Origin: Patescibacteria group bacterium
GTDB lineage: Bacteria; Patescibacteriota; Patescibacteriia; UBA10025; JAHIVO01
Direction of reading: 5' to 3'
Length of the DNA: 64,000 nucleotides
Assembly (NCBI GenBank): GCA_049325535.1
Contig: JBMOKY010000001.1
Span: 685,942 to 749,941, forward strand
The notes beneath the pieces are model-generated. The model worked only from the letters and a program-made list of their open reading frames with translations. It had not been told where the DNA came from and did no database searches. Positions 29,633 to 40,001 of the stretch are shown here, piece by piece. The first letter of the stretch is position 1, and every line of letters starts with the position of its first letter. Made by a program: the position numbers and the translations under genes.

Positions 29633-30280
29633 ATGGCGACGATTCTCATCGTCTCCATCGTGGTTCACGAAATCGGGCACGCAGTCGTGCTCGAGGCAAA
29701 CGGGGTCATGACCCACATGTTTTTTGCCATCATCCTGGGTGGCGTCACCTACGACAAACGGTACAAGCATGTCGAAGCGCGGCTCCCCTGGAATACCAAG
29801 GCGCTGACCTATCTGGCCGGCGTCATGGGCAATCTGGTGGTGGCACTTGCCGGCGGAATGCTCTACTGGATGGGACTGGTGACCGCCATGGAGGCGCTTC
29901 AGATCGTCAATCTCAACGCCGTGCTGATATTTTACAATATCTTCCCGGTGTGGATTACCGACGGTGGAAGATTCACCAAAATCTTCTTCGACTCCAGTCC
30001 TGAGCACATGGATGGCCACTGGGTCTTCCGTATGCTCATTCCGATCGGTATGGCCGCGTTCTTCCTGACCATCGTCAGTCCTCAGATGTTTCTCTTCACC
30101 ACTCCGGTAATGTTCTGGAGTCTGCACTACCAGGCGACCCACGACGACCCGAAGGGCAGCAAGAACAAACTGGCGATGACGCAGCCACAGCGCATCCGCT
30201 GGGCGACGATCTACATTACGATCTTCACAGTCGGCATGATCATGCTCGCCTACACCCCGGACTGGATCCTGAAGAAATAA
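29633..30280 (+). CDS. membrane zinc metalloprotease, site-2 protease (M50) family
   Basis: The HEIGH zinc-binding motif sits in a TM helix, a downstream TDGG (LDG-like) motif is present, and there are several TM helices. The long antisense ORF 29375..30328 (His/Asp/Arg/Gly-rich) was rejected. Confidence 0.6.
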   Translation: MATILIVSIVVHEIGHAVVLEANGVMTHMFFAIILGGVTYDKRYKHVEARLPWNTKALTYLAGVMGNLVVALAGGMLYWMGLVTAMEALQIVNLNAVLIFYNIFPVWITDGGRFTKIFFDSSPEHMDGHWVFRMLIPIGMAAFFLTIVSPQMFLFTTPVMFWSLHYQATHDDPKGSKNKLAMTQPQRIRWATIYITIFTVGMIMLAYTPDWILKK

Positions 30281-30317
30281 CGAACCACCGCCCATGTCCG
30301 TTCCGCTCTTCCCCTTC

Positions 30318-30356
30318 CTCATTCCCACGTATCATCCGGTACGTGGGAATTTTTTT
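30318..30356 (+). terminator. intrinsic terminator
   Basis: UUCCCACGUA-N8-UACGUGGGAA is a perfect 10-bp stem followed by U7. Confidence 0.8.
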
Positions 30357-30418
30357 GCGAATATAAATACGCTTGCATGAAAAGTTTTGAATAATCACGT
30401 ATGAATTTTGCATCAATA

Positions 30419-30447
30419 TTGACAGAGCGTCATACATACCCTATACT
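30419..30447 (+). promoter_or_regulatory. sigma-70-type promoter TTGACA-N17-TATACT
   Basis: It has the same architecture as the promoter at 29397. It is followed by the SD GGAG and the ATG at 30491. Confidence 0.6.
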
Positions 30448-30490
30448 TTCCCAGAGCCAAAACAAACACTGAAATCAGAAGGAGTATCTG

Positions 30491-30730
30491 ATGATCGCCA
30501 TCCAAAACATCGAAAAATATTTCGATGACCATCCTGAACTCGCTGACCAGAAAGAAGCGGTCCTCGCTGCCGCCCGGGAGCGGGTGGAAAAAGGTACCGA
30601 CGTCATGGTCGGACATGCCGCCGCCGAGGCGCTCGGCGAATTAGCCAGAGATTTCTTCCGGGAAATCGAGGGTAATCTCGTACATCAGGAAATTGGGCTG
30701 AAAGCCCTCAGCGCGCTCAATAAACGATAA
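30491..30730 (+). CDS. small hypothetical protein (79 aa)
   Basis: It has its own consensus promoter, SD and terminator. It is acidic and helical, with no known motif. Confidence 0.55.
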   Translation: MIAIQNIEKYFDDHPELADQKEAVLAAARERVEKGTDVMVGHAAAEALGELARDFFREIEGNLVHQEIGLKALSALNKR

Positions 30731-30756
30731 GCGCGTTCGGCCAACCCACACCATCG

Positions 30757-30790
30757 AGACCAGCCACGTACAGCTGGTCTTATTTTTTTG
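30757..30790 (+). terminator. intrinsic terminator
   Basis: AGACCAGC-N8-GCUGGUCU is an 8-bp stem followed by UAUUUUUUU. Confidence 0.75.
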
Positions 30791-30906
30791 TACCGATAGA
30801 TACCTTTGCTGGAAAACATAAAAAAAGCGCCGTGTCCTTCGTGGTAAGAAGGTCGTGCGCTTTTGAGTGGAGCATGAGGCTCCAGATACAAGTACGAAAG
30901 AATGAA

Positions 30907-32118
30907 CTACTTCATGGCGTCGATGAGATTCCGCTCGGCTTCTGCAGCGGCATGTGCGGCCATCGCCTGCTCATGCTTGCGCTGCTCTGCCTCCTTCTGA
31001 CGGAGCTCATACAGTGACAGCTGGTCAGACAGACGCTGTCGGAGCTCAGCATCCTCCTCACCGAATTCGGCAAGCATCTGATGCGCGGCGACGACAGTTT
31101 CATCACTGTACACCGTAAACGGGTTCTGCTCCCGGTAAACCACTGAGCGGGAAATCCGATACCGCAATTCGCGGTACGAGTCGCCCTCCAGTTTCCGGAA
31201 CAGCCGCGGCAGCAAATAGTCATCGAGGGTGTGCGTTTTGGCGTCACCGAGCTCGTCGCTGAGCAGGAAAGCGATCTGGCTGGCGAAAAAATCGCCGGGG
31301 TAGTCCAACCGCTCGCAATAGAGCATTGTTCGAAGCATGTCCACATAGCAGGACAGCGCCCCTTCCCACTCCTGACGGGGCTGCATCTCGCCTCGCTGCT
31401 CAGCCAAGATCTGCTGGCGGACACGGGTGTCGGCTTTGTGCTTCCACCGCTCGTCCACGGACGGATCCCGCAGCAGGTCGGCAAACGGGCCAAGGCCGGA
31501 GGCTTCATCCATGTTCCAGAACGTGCTGACATCGTAGAGCGAAAAACGCTCAAAGAGCGCATTCGCCATGTCCTCGGGCAGATTGCCCAGCAGACCGGGG
31601 ATACGTGCGTTGTAGAACGACAGCGCCTCATGGTACCGGCTCGGTTCCTGCCAGTACACAGCCATACCCTGAGCCGAGATGCATTTGCTGTCCGGAATCG
31701 GGTTATGCATCGGTCGCAGCAGGTCCACGAACTGAATGATCAGTTCTGCGGCGTATTGCTGCAATCCCGACGACAGACCGCTCAGATTAGCGCCGGCTCG
31801 AGTAAACTTCCCGACCACCGGCTCAGCCTGCTCACCCCAGTGAAACGGAACCAGACTGGCCTCAGGAGCCAGCAGCAGGAACAAGGCACGGGCCTTGATA
31901 CTGTCCCTGACTCCGTCTTCGTTCAGCAGCCGGTTCAGATCCGCCCGGTCGCGCGGTTTGAATTTGACCCACGCGTTCCAGGCCTTATCATCGGCCGTCG
32001 GCATCCAAGTCGACTTGATACGCTTCAGCCATGCGGAAATTCCGTGCTTCATCTTCATTTCATACTCCTTTGCGAGACGTTTTGTTTCTATGGTTACTAT
32101 GCAATTGTCGAGGAACAA
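30907..32118 (-). CDS. hypothetical cytoplasmic protein (403 aa)
   Basis: Protein-like composition with no TM segment. A minus-strand terminator hairpin lies downstream. The antisense ORF 31231..32169 (Arg/Gln/Leu-rich) was rejected. The start could be the internal MKMKHG Met at about 32055. Confidence 0.55.
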   Translation of the reverse strand: MFLDNCIVTIETKRLAKEYEMKMKHGISAWLKRIKSTWMPTADDKAWNAWVKFKPRDRADLNRLLNEDGVRDSIKARALFLLLAPEASLVPFHWGEQAEPVVGKFTRAGANLSGLSSGLQQYAAELIIQFVDLLRPMHNPIPDSKCISAQGMAVYWQEPSRYHEALSFYNARIPGLLGNLPEDMANALFERFSLYDVSTFWNMDEASGLGPFADLLRDPSVDERWKHKADTRVRQQILAEQRGEMQPRQEWEGALSCYVDMLRTMLYCERLDYPGDFFASQIAFLLSDELGDAKTHTLDDYLLPRLFRKLEGDSYRELRYRISRSVVYREQNPFTVYSDETVVAAHQMLAEFGEEDAELRQRLSDQLSLYELRQKEAEQRKHEQAMAAHAAAEAERNLIDAMK

Positions 32119-32314
32119 AAAAATTTACTCGCCATCATAGCATGGTTCGCTCTTTTTGTCAAGAGATAAACCAAAAAATACACCTGTTGAGCGATCGCTC
32201 ACCTTCCAGCCAAGCGGTCGCGCACCCCCCGGTCGTTGGCAATGCAATAATATGATTGTCATTTAGACCGGAGTTCACCGAAGGCGAGATGAAGTGGAGA
32301 AATCATTATGACAC

Positions 32315-32611
32315 TTATAAGAATGCATCACTTAAATCTTTCCACTTAGAATTCATAGAAGTGACATGGGTTCTTTTCTTTTGATGTGACCATCGCTTAA
32401 TTTGCTTCTCACGTGCAATAGTACTCATTACGTCATAGCCTATTTCATAATAAACAAGTTTATTGAGATTATACCGACCGGTATGGCCCGGAACCACTTT
32501 CTGCTTGTGATGGAAAACTCTGACAGGTAAATCTGAAGTAAAACCGACATATAACGCGGTATTATACCGGTTAGCCATTATATAAACGTAATACTGTCTT
32601 TCGTAGGTCAT
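32315..32611 (-). CDS. GIY-YIG nuclease superfamily protein (UPF0213/YhbQ-like)
   Basis: YYVYIMAN...ALYVGFTSDLPVRVFHHKQ...YNLNKLVYYE...REKQIKRW matches the GIY-YIG fold motifs. The SD AAGGGGA precedes the MTYERQ start, which is immediately 3' of a stable hairpin. Confidence 0.7.
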   Translation of the reverse strand: MTYERQYYVYIMANRYNTALYVGFTSDLPVRVFHHKQKVVPGHTGRYNLNKLVYYEIGYDVMSTIAREKQIKRWSHQKKRTHVTSMNSKWKDLSDAFL

Positions 32612-32833
32612 AAGGACTTCTCTACTCCCCTTCGACCCTGCTAGGGTCGGTCGAAGTGACAACTGTATTTAGGTTTAGCTTAATATTAAGGAGGGGAAAT
32701 ACGCTCGGCACGCCGCTGCACAATGTAGGTGGAGAGGGGTGGTGGGGTCAAACAGCAAAACGAATAAAAAATCCCCAGCGATGGGGAAGGTTGATACTGT
32801 AATACTACGACGCTGGCGACGGGTCTGTCAAAA

Positions 32834-33142
32834 CTACTTACCGGACCGTTTGCTGAGGATGTATTTCTGCGATCGGCTCATGGACTTGTCTTTGCGGTGG
32901 ATGCACCCGATCCAGCAGCACGGCCGCCGCATCCCCTCTTTGAGCTCGGAGACAGTCCGCCGTACGTGGTCCTGTCTGGTCTCGGCAGTCTTCACCGCCT
33001 CCACCCAGCAGATCCACTCATTACGCGCCAGTGGCGTCAGACTTTCCCATAGACCCACTGCCTTCGTGTCGGCCAGCAAGGCTTTTTTGAGGTCTGATGG
33101 CATGGCATGCGCCACACCTGCTGAAAGTTTTTTACTGGCCAT
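32834..33142 (-). CDS. YdeI/OmpD-associated family (DUF1801-like) protein
   Basis: LSPLARNEWICWVEEAKTAETRQRRV-like C-terminal motif. A minus-strand terminator (UCCCCA-GCGA-UGGGGA plus a U-run) lies downstream at about 32776..32800. Confidence 0.45.
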   Translation of the reverse strand: MASKKLSAGVAHAMPSDLKKALLADTKAVGLWESLTPLARNEWICWVEAVKTAETRQDHVRRTVSELKEGMRRPCCWIGCIHRKDKSMSRSQKYILSKRSGK

Positions 33143-33172
33143 AAAAATATTTTTTAATACCGTTAAACGGGC

Positions 33173-33595
33173 CTACTTCCCGCTCGACAGCCAGCCTTGT
33201 TCCCCCCGCTCGGTGTCTGATAATGCATCTACTTCAGTGAAGGTAACGGTCTCGTGCTGCTGAATAACCATTTGTGCTACTTTATCGCCCACAGCAATCT
33301 CGTACGGTTGGTCAGTCGTATTATAGAGAATCACTTTTACCTCACCGCGATAGGTGCTATCGATGACGCCGGCCATAGAGTGGATGCCCATCTTGGCCGC
33401 CATACCGCTGCGATCCCAGACATGCGCCACGTATCCTAAAGGAATTTCCATGGCAAAACCGAGTGCCACCTGCCGGCGGTCACGCGGTGGGATAACCAAT
33501 GCTTCGACTGAAAACAAATCCAAACCCGCATCACCAGGTCGTCCATGGACCGGCAGTTTTGCATTCGGATGCAGTCGTTTGAATTTCGCTTCCAT
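33173..33595 (-). CDS. dut: dUTP diphosphatase
   Basis: AGLDL, GVIDSTYRGEV and RGEQGWLSSG are the dUTPase motifs I, III and V. Confidence 0.9.
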   Translation of the reverse strand: MEAKFKRLHPNAKLPVHGRPGDAGLDLFSVEALVIPPRDRRQVALGFAMEIPLGYVAHVWDRSGMAAKMGIHSMAGVIDSTYRGEVKVILYNTTDQPYEIAVGDKVAQMVIQQHETVTFTEVDALSDTERGEQGWLSSGK

Positions 33596-34137
33596 TACTG
33601 TGCCGCGGCAATCAGTTTGTCTACCTGGGCATACAGCTCGTCGAGTGAGCCGTTATTGTCGATAGTGGCATCGGCCCGCTGCATCAGGTCAGGAATCGCC
33701 TGCTCGGTGGGTAAACTATGCTGCTGAGTGAATTGCTCCAGAGTCAGTGTCGCGTCATCGGCGTTTTCACCGCGTTTGGTGATACGCTGGAAACGGATGT
33801 CCAGATCGGTATCCACCGCCCACAGCTGAAAATCCGGTCGCTCCTTGAGCGCGTTATATTCATCAAAATAGCGGATGCCGTCAAACACCGCAATAGTCAC
33901 ATCCATGCTTTCCAAATCTTTGATCAGGGTCTTTACGAGGATGTCATTGCCATACTGCGATCGCATCAATTCAGCCAGTTTTGACATCGCCGGACGAGTC
34001 TCCTGTACATACAGCCGATGAATCATGTCCCGCAAAGGCTGGGAAAATTTGACGGCTTTGGCGCCATGGCGCTCCACCAGGTATTTGGTGAGTGTGCCTT
34101 TTCCCGTAGCCAGAGGGCCGGTCAATCCGATAATCAT
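33595..34137 (-). CDS. P-loop nucleoside/nucleotide kinase (dephospho-CoA-kinase-like fold; probable dNMP kinase)
   Basis: [14 protein letters not shown] Walker A. It has no other assignable specificity motif. It sits between dut and the dCMP deaminase. Confidence 0.5.
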   Translation of the reverse strand: MIIGLTGPLATGKGTLTKYLVERHGAKAVKFSQPLRDMIHRLYVQETRPAMSKLAELMRSQYGNDILVKTLIKDLESMDVTIAVFDGIRYFDEYNALKERPDFQLWAVDTDLDIRFQRITKRGENADDATLTLEQFTQQHSLPTEQAIPDLMQRADATIDNNGSLDELYAQVDKLIAAAQ

Positions 34138-34138
34138 A

Positions 34139-34633
34139 TTATTTATTGTGATGTGAATGAGGAATCCCGACCTCAGCCCAGTCACTGTGATACTGGCGAT
34201 ACCTGACTCCGGCTAGGTCAAATAATTTTCGTGAGGCTACCCAGACCGGCTCGTCGTGGTATTTGTCGCTTTCGTAAATGACTTCCCTGATGCCATTTTG
34301 GATGATGGTTTTGGCGCACTCATTGCAGGGGAAGAGGGTGGTATAGATGACGCAGTCCTGTGTATTTGCATTAGCATTATAAATCGCGTTCTCCTCCGCA
34401 TGGACGACGTAGGCGTATTTGGTATCCACCAGCTCACCTTTCCGCTCCCAGGGAAGCGCATCGTCATCGATCCCGCGCGGCCAGCCATTGTACCCCAAAC
34501 CGACCACCACATGCGACCGATTGGCGATGACTGCGCCAGCCTGGGTATTAGGGTCTTTTGACCGTTCGGCGATGACATGCGCCATGCGCATCAAACACTC
34601 GTCCCATGAGATGAAATCTTTTCGACTTTCCAT
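34139..34633 (-). CDS. dCMP deaminase (cytidine/deoxycytidylate deaminase family)
   Basis: HAEENAI and PCNECAK are the zinc-binding motifs. Confidence 0.85.
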   Translation of the reverse strand: MESRKDFISWDECLMRMAHVIAERSKDPNTQAGAVIANRSHVVVGLGYNGWPRGIDDDALPWERKGELVDTKYAYVVHAEENAIYNANANTQDCVIYTTLFPCNECAKTIIQNGIREVIYESDKYHDEPVWVASRKLFDLAGVRYRQYHSDWAEVGIPHSHHNK

Positions 34634-34658
34634 AGTACGTTTGATTAGTGGATGATGA

Positions 34659-35339
34659 CTAGGCTCGGACGTGGATGCCGGGACCCATGCTGGCGGAGAT
34701 GGAGATTGATTTGATATACGACCCCTTCACGGCCGTCGGCTTGGCGCGGCGGATTGCCTCCAGAAAAGCCTCAATATTTGCAGCCAATTTTTCAGTGCCA
34801 AAAGAAACCCGGCCGACCAGCTGATGAATATTGCCGGAATCGTCATTGCGAAATGTGACCTTACCGCCGGCCAGCGCTTTCACCGCTTCGGCGACTTTCG
34901 GCGTCACGGTTTCACTGCGCGGATTTGGCATCAGGCCTTTCGGGCCGAGAATTTTCGCGATCTGCCCCATCTGTTTCATGATACCCGGCGTGGCAATGGC
35001 GATGTCAAAATCAATCTTGCCGGTCGTCTTGATCTGTTTGATCAGATCCTCGCCGCCGACGACTACCGCACCAGCTGCCGTGGCAGCTTTCTGGTCCTTT
35101 TCCTCACAAAAAACAGCGATGCGTTTCGTCTTACCCGTGCCGTGCGGCAGCACCATCGAACCGCGTACAACCTGGTCGGCTTTTTTGGGATCCACGCCCA
35201 GACGGATATGCACCTCCACCCCGGCATCAAATTTGACGGTGCTGGTTTTCTGTACCAGCTCAATCGCCTCAGCCACCGAATACGATTTCCCGGCTTCGAT
35301 GAGGGCTGCTGCTGCCTGATATTTCTTCGATCGTTTCAT
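34659..35339 (-). CDS. rplA: 50S ribosomal protein L1
   Basis: [29 protein letters not shown]...[20 protein letters not shown] is the canonical L1 sequence. The SD GAAAGGAA precedes the Met at 35339. Confidence 0.9.
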   Translation of the reverse strand: MKRSKKYQAAAALIEAGKSYSVAEAIELVQKTSTVKFDAGVEVHIRLGVDPKKADQVVRGSMVLPHGTGKTKRIAVFCEEKDQKAATAAGAVVVGGEDLIKQIKTTGKIDFDIAIATPGIMKQMGQIAKILGPKGLMPNPRSETVTPKVAEAVKALAGGKVTFRNDDSGNIHQLVGRVSFGTEKLAANIEAFLEAIRRAKPTAVKGSYIKSISISASMGPGIHVRA

Positions 35340-35401
35340 AGAGATTCCTTTCGTGGTACAAACCCCCGCCCATAGACGGGGTCCCACAAAATAATAATTA
35401 G

Positions 35402-36403
35402 TTAGGGTTGTGTCGGAGGAACAGATGTTTCAGATTTCTTGTCTTTCGCTTCACGGCGCACAGCTGACCAGTGATACCACAGCAGTGGGATGCCGACGAG
35501 GATAAACGGAATGGCGCTCGATGCCTGACGATGCGTATTATTACTTTCGGCGTTTGATTCTGTCTGCCAGGCGTCATAATCAATCGCCCATTGACTGGCC
35601 AGCGCCACGGTTTCGGCATCCAGGCCGCACTGCTCGCCACATTCAGTGAGGCTGATGACGGCTGATTTTTCTGAAACCAGCGTTTCTTGCGTCGCGTACA
35701 TGCGTGAAGCTTGATTGTCAGCCTCCCCCGCGGCCGGGAATACCCATGTCTTGAGCACTAGATTAATGAGGAAACCGCCGGCAATGACGATCATCAGCAA
35801 TGAACCAAGCGAAACGAAATAAAAGTACGTCGGGCGAATGACGAGCTTATCCTTATCTTCTTCTGCTGCCTGCCGGTGATCGCGCTGAACGATGCGATAG
35901 TGAATGACAAAGAATGGCAGCGCTACAATCAGAAATGACAGGGCGGCTACGGCATCACGGGCGTTGCGGCCATTGACGTTTTTCGCCGACTCCTGCCATG
36001 AAGCATAGCTGCTTTTCCAGGACTCAATGCTCTCTTTTTGCGTCGCGGTCAGCTCACATGCATCGGCGCACTCCAGGACTATCGGCGAACCTGCCTCCAC
36101 CTTTGCCGTATCAGCAGCGCTGCCTGAATCCAGCCACAATGACGGCGGCGGTCCGTAGTAATTGGCGTTTGTATTCGCGTCGGTAAAAACCCACACCTTC
36201 AATCCGAGGTTAATCAGGAAAATAACAGACCCGACCACGATGGCTAGGGTCACCATCGACGCCAGATAAAAATACAGGCTGCGAATGACTGAACCTTTTT
36301 TTGTCATATTTTTTCCTTCGATTATGGCCGCAATGGCGAAGGCAAGCAGCGCCAGCATGCCAAATGGGATTAAGAAGCTAATCATATCAGTAAACGAATC
36401 CAT
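35402..36403 (-). CDS. internally duplicated polytopic membrane protein inserted in the rplK-rplA operon (hypothetical)
   Basis: It has two homologous halves. Each contains ...YFY(L/F).S...LINL.LK.WVF..., a Cys-pair (ECADACEL / ECGEQCGL), WxxxxxxW and a TM helix ending in ...(I/W)YH(Y/W).(I/A)V.RD/RE. Its start lies 8 nt after the rplK stop, and its stop lies 60 nt before rplA. Confidence 0.6.
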   Translation of the reverse strand: MDSFTDMISFLIPFGMLALLAFAIAAIIEGKNMTKKGSVIRSLYFYLASMVTLAIVVGSVIFLINLGLKVWVFTDANTNANYYGPPPSLWLDSGSAADTAKVEAGSPIVLECADACELTATQKESIESWKSSYASWQESAKNVNGRNARDAVAALSFLIVALPFFVIHYRIVQRDHRQAAEEDKDKLVIRPTYFYFVSLGSLLMIVIAGGFLINLVLKTWVFPAAGEADNQASRMYATQETLVSEKSAVISLTECGEQCGLDAETVALASQWAIDYDAWQTESNAESNNTHRQASSAIPFILVGIPLLWYHWSAVRREAKDKKSETSVPPTQP

Positions 36404-36411
36404 GAGGATCG

Positions 36412-36837
36412 TTATTTAATGGTTATCCCCATATTGCGGGCCGTGCCCTCGATGATGCGGACGGCCGCATCGAGACTGGCGGCATTCAGATCCGGCATTT
36501 TGATAGTGGCGATTTCCTCGAGCTGCTTCCGTGTCACACTGCCCACCTTTTTTTTCAGGGGATCGCCTGAACCTTTCTGGATACCGGCTGCTTTTTTCAG
36601 CAATTCGGCTGCCGGTGGGGTCTTCAGGATAAAACTAAAAGTCCGGTCCTCAAAAATCGTGATCTCCACCGGGATGATATCCCCCGCCTTATCTTTGGTC
36701 TGGGCATTAAACTTGGTACAGAAATCCTGGATATTCAGGCCATGGGGCCCCAATGCCGTCCCTACCGGAGGCGCCGGTGTGGCTTTTCCAGCCGGGAGTT
36801 GGATTTTGACCATTGTCTTGATTGGTTTGCCTGCCAT
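36412..36837 (-). CDS. rplK: 50S ribosomal protein L11
   Basis: [36 protein letters not shown]... Confidence 0.95.
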   Translation of the reverse strand: MAGKPIKTMVKIQLPAGKATPAPPVGTALGPHGLNIQDFCTKFNAQTKDKAGDIIPVEITIFEDRTFSFILKTPPAAELLKKAAGIQKGSGDPLKKKVGSVTRKQLEEIATIKMPDLNAASLDAAVRIIEGTARNMGITIK

Positions 36838-36924
36838 ATATGTAGAATGTCGAATGTGTAATGACTAATTTCTAAAGAAGCGTTGAGATTAGAAATTAGT
36901 AATTCTTAATTAGAAATTATCAAG

Positions 36925-37470
36925 CTATATTTTCTTAATCTGCAAGAAGTCGAGTTCAACCGGCGTCTCACGACCAAACATCGATACCAGCACTTTCACC
37001 TTGCCCCGCGCTTCATCTACCTCGCTGACTTTGCCTTCAAATTCCTTAAACGGACCATCGGTAATCTTTACCGCCGTGCCCGGATTGACGTCAATCTTAT
37101 ATTTCGGTTCTTCCACGCCCATCCGGCGCTGGATTTCCTTCACTTCCTGCTCTGAAATCGGTGTCGGGGTCGTACCGGAACCGACGAATCCGGTTACGTT
37201 TGGCGTATTGCGCACCACGTACCATGAGTCGTCTGTCACGATCATTTCCACCAACACATAGCCGGGAAAAATCTTTTCCGTAACCACCCGGCGTTTGCCG
37301 TTTTTGATCTTGATCTTATTTTCCGTGGGAATCAGGACATTGAAAATCTTATCCTGCATATCCATGGATTCAATACGCTGTCGCAGGTTGCGCGCCACAT
37401 TTTCCTCATACCCGGAATAGGTATGGAGGACATACCAGCGACGTCCCTGCTGTAATGTTTGCTTTGGCAT
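36925..37470 (-). CDS. nusG: transcription termination/antitermination factor NusG
   Basis: NGN domain (RWYVLHTYSGYE...VLIPTE) and KOW domain (GTAVKITDGPFKEFEGKV). Confidence 0.9.
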   Translation of the reverse strand: MPKQTLQQGRRWYVLHTYSGYEENVARNLRQRIESMDMQDKIFNVLIPTENKIKIKNGKRRVVTEKIFPGYVLVEMIVTDDSWYVVRNTPNVTGFVGSGTTPTPISEQEVKEIQRRMGVEEPKYKIDVNPGTAVKITDGPFKEFEGKVSEVDEARGKVKVLVSMFGRETPVELDFLQIKKI

Positions 37471-37476
37471 ACGGCG

Positions 37477-37665
37477 TTATTGGGTGATCAGTTTCTCAAC
37501 GGCGATATTCAAGCCGAAATCAGCGGCGCCTAAATACAGCGCCACCCCCAGGCTGATGCCGATCACCAGCATGGTGTATTTGATGGTTTCCCGACGGGAC
37601 GGCCATACGACTTTTTTCAGTTCGTCGCGGGACTCCCGGATGTAGCTTACGATCTTGTTTGCCAT
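37477..37665 (-). CDS. secE: preprotein translocase subunit SecE
   Basis: VSYIRESRDELKKVVWPSRRETIKYTMLVIGISLGVALYLGAADF is the SecE signature with one TM helix. It is adjacent to nusG. Confidence 0.8.
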   Translation of the reverse strand: MANKIVSYIRESRDELKKVVWPSRRETIKYTMLVIGISLGVALYLGAADFGLNIAVEKLITQ

Positions 37666-37829
37666 AAAATTCCGGTCTTTAAAACCCCCTGTCGAAGTCG
37701 ATATAGGGGTCACCATTATGGTACACTACCCAGTACCGACTGTCAAATTCTGCTATAGCTAGCTCAAAAAAAGGCTAATCTATACTAACCAGTGGATGAA
37801 CACAACCGCTCCGATTTCACCTTTTTTAA

Positions 37830-40001
<2,172 letters not shown>

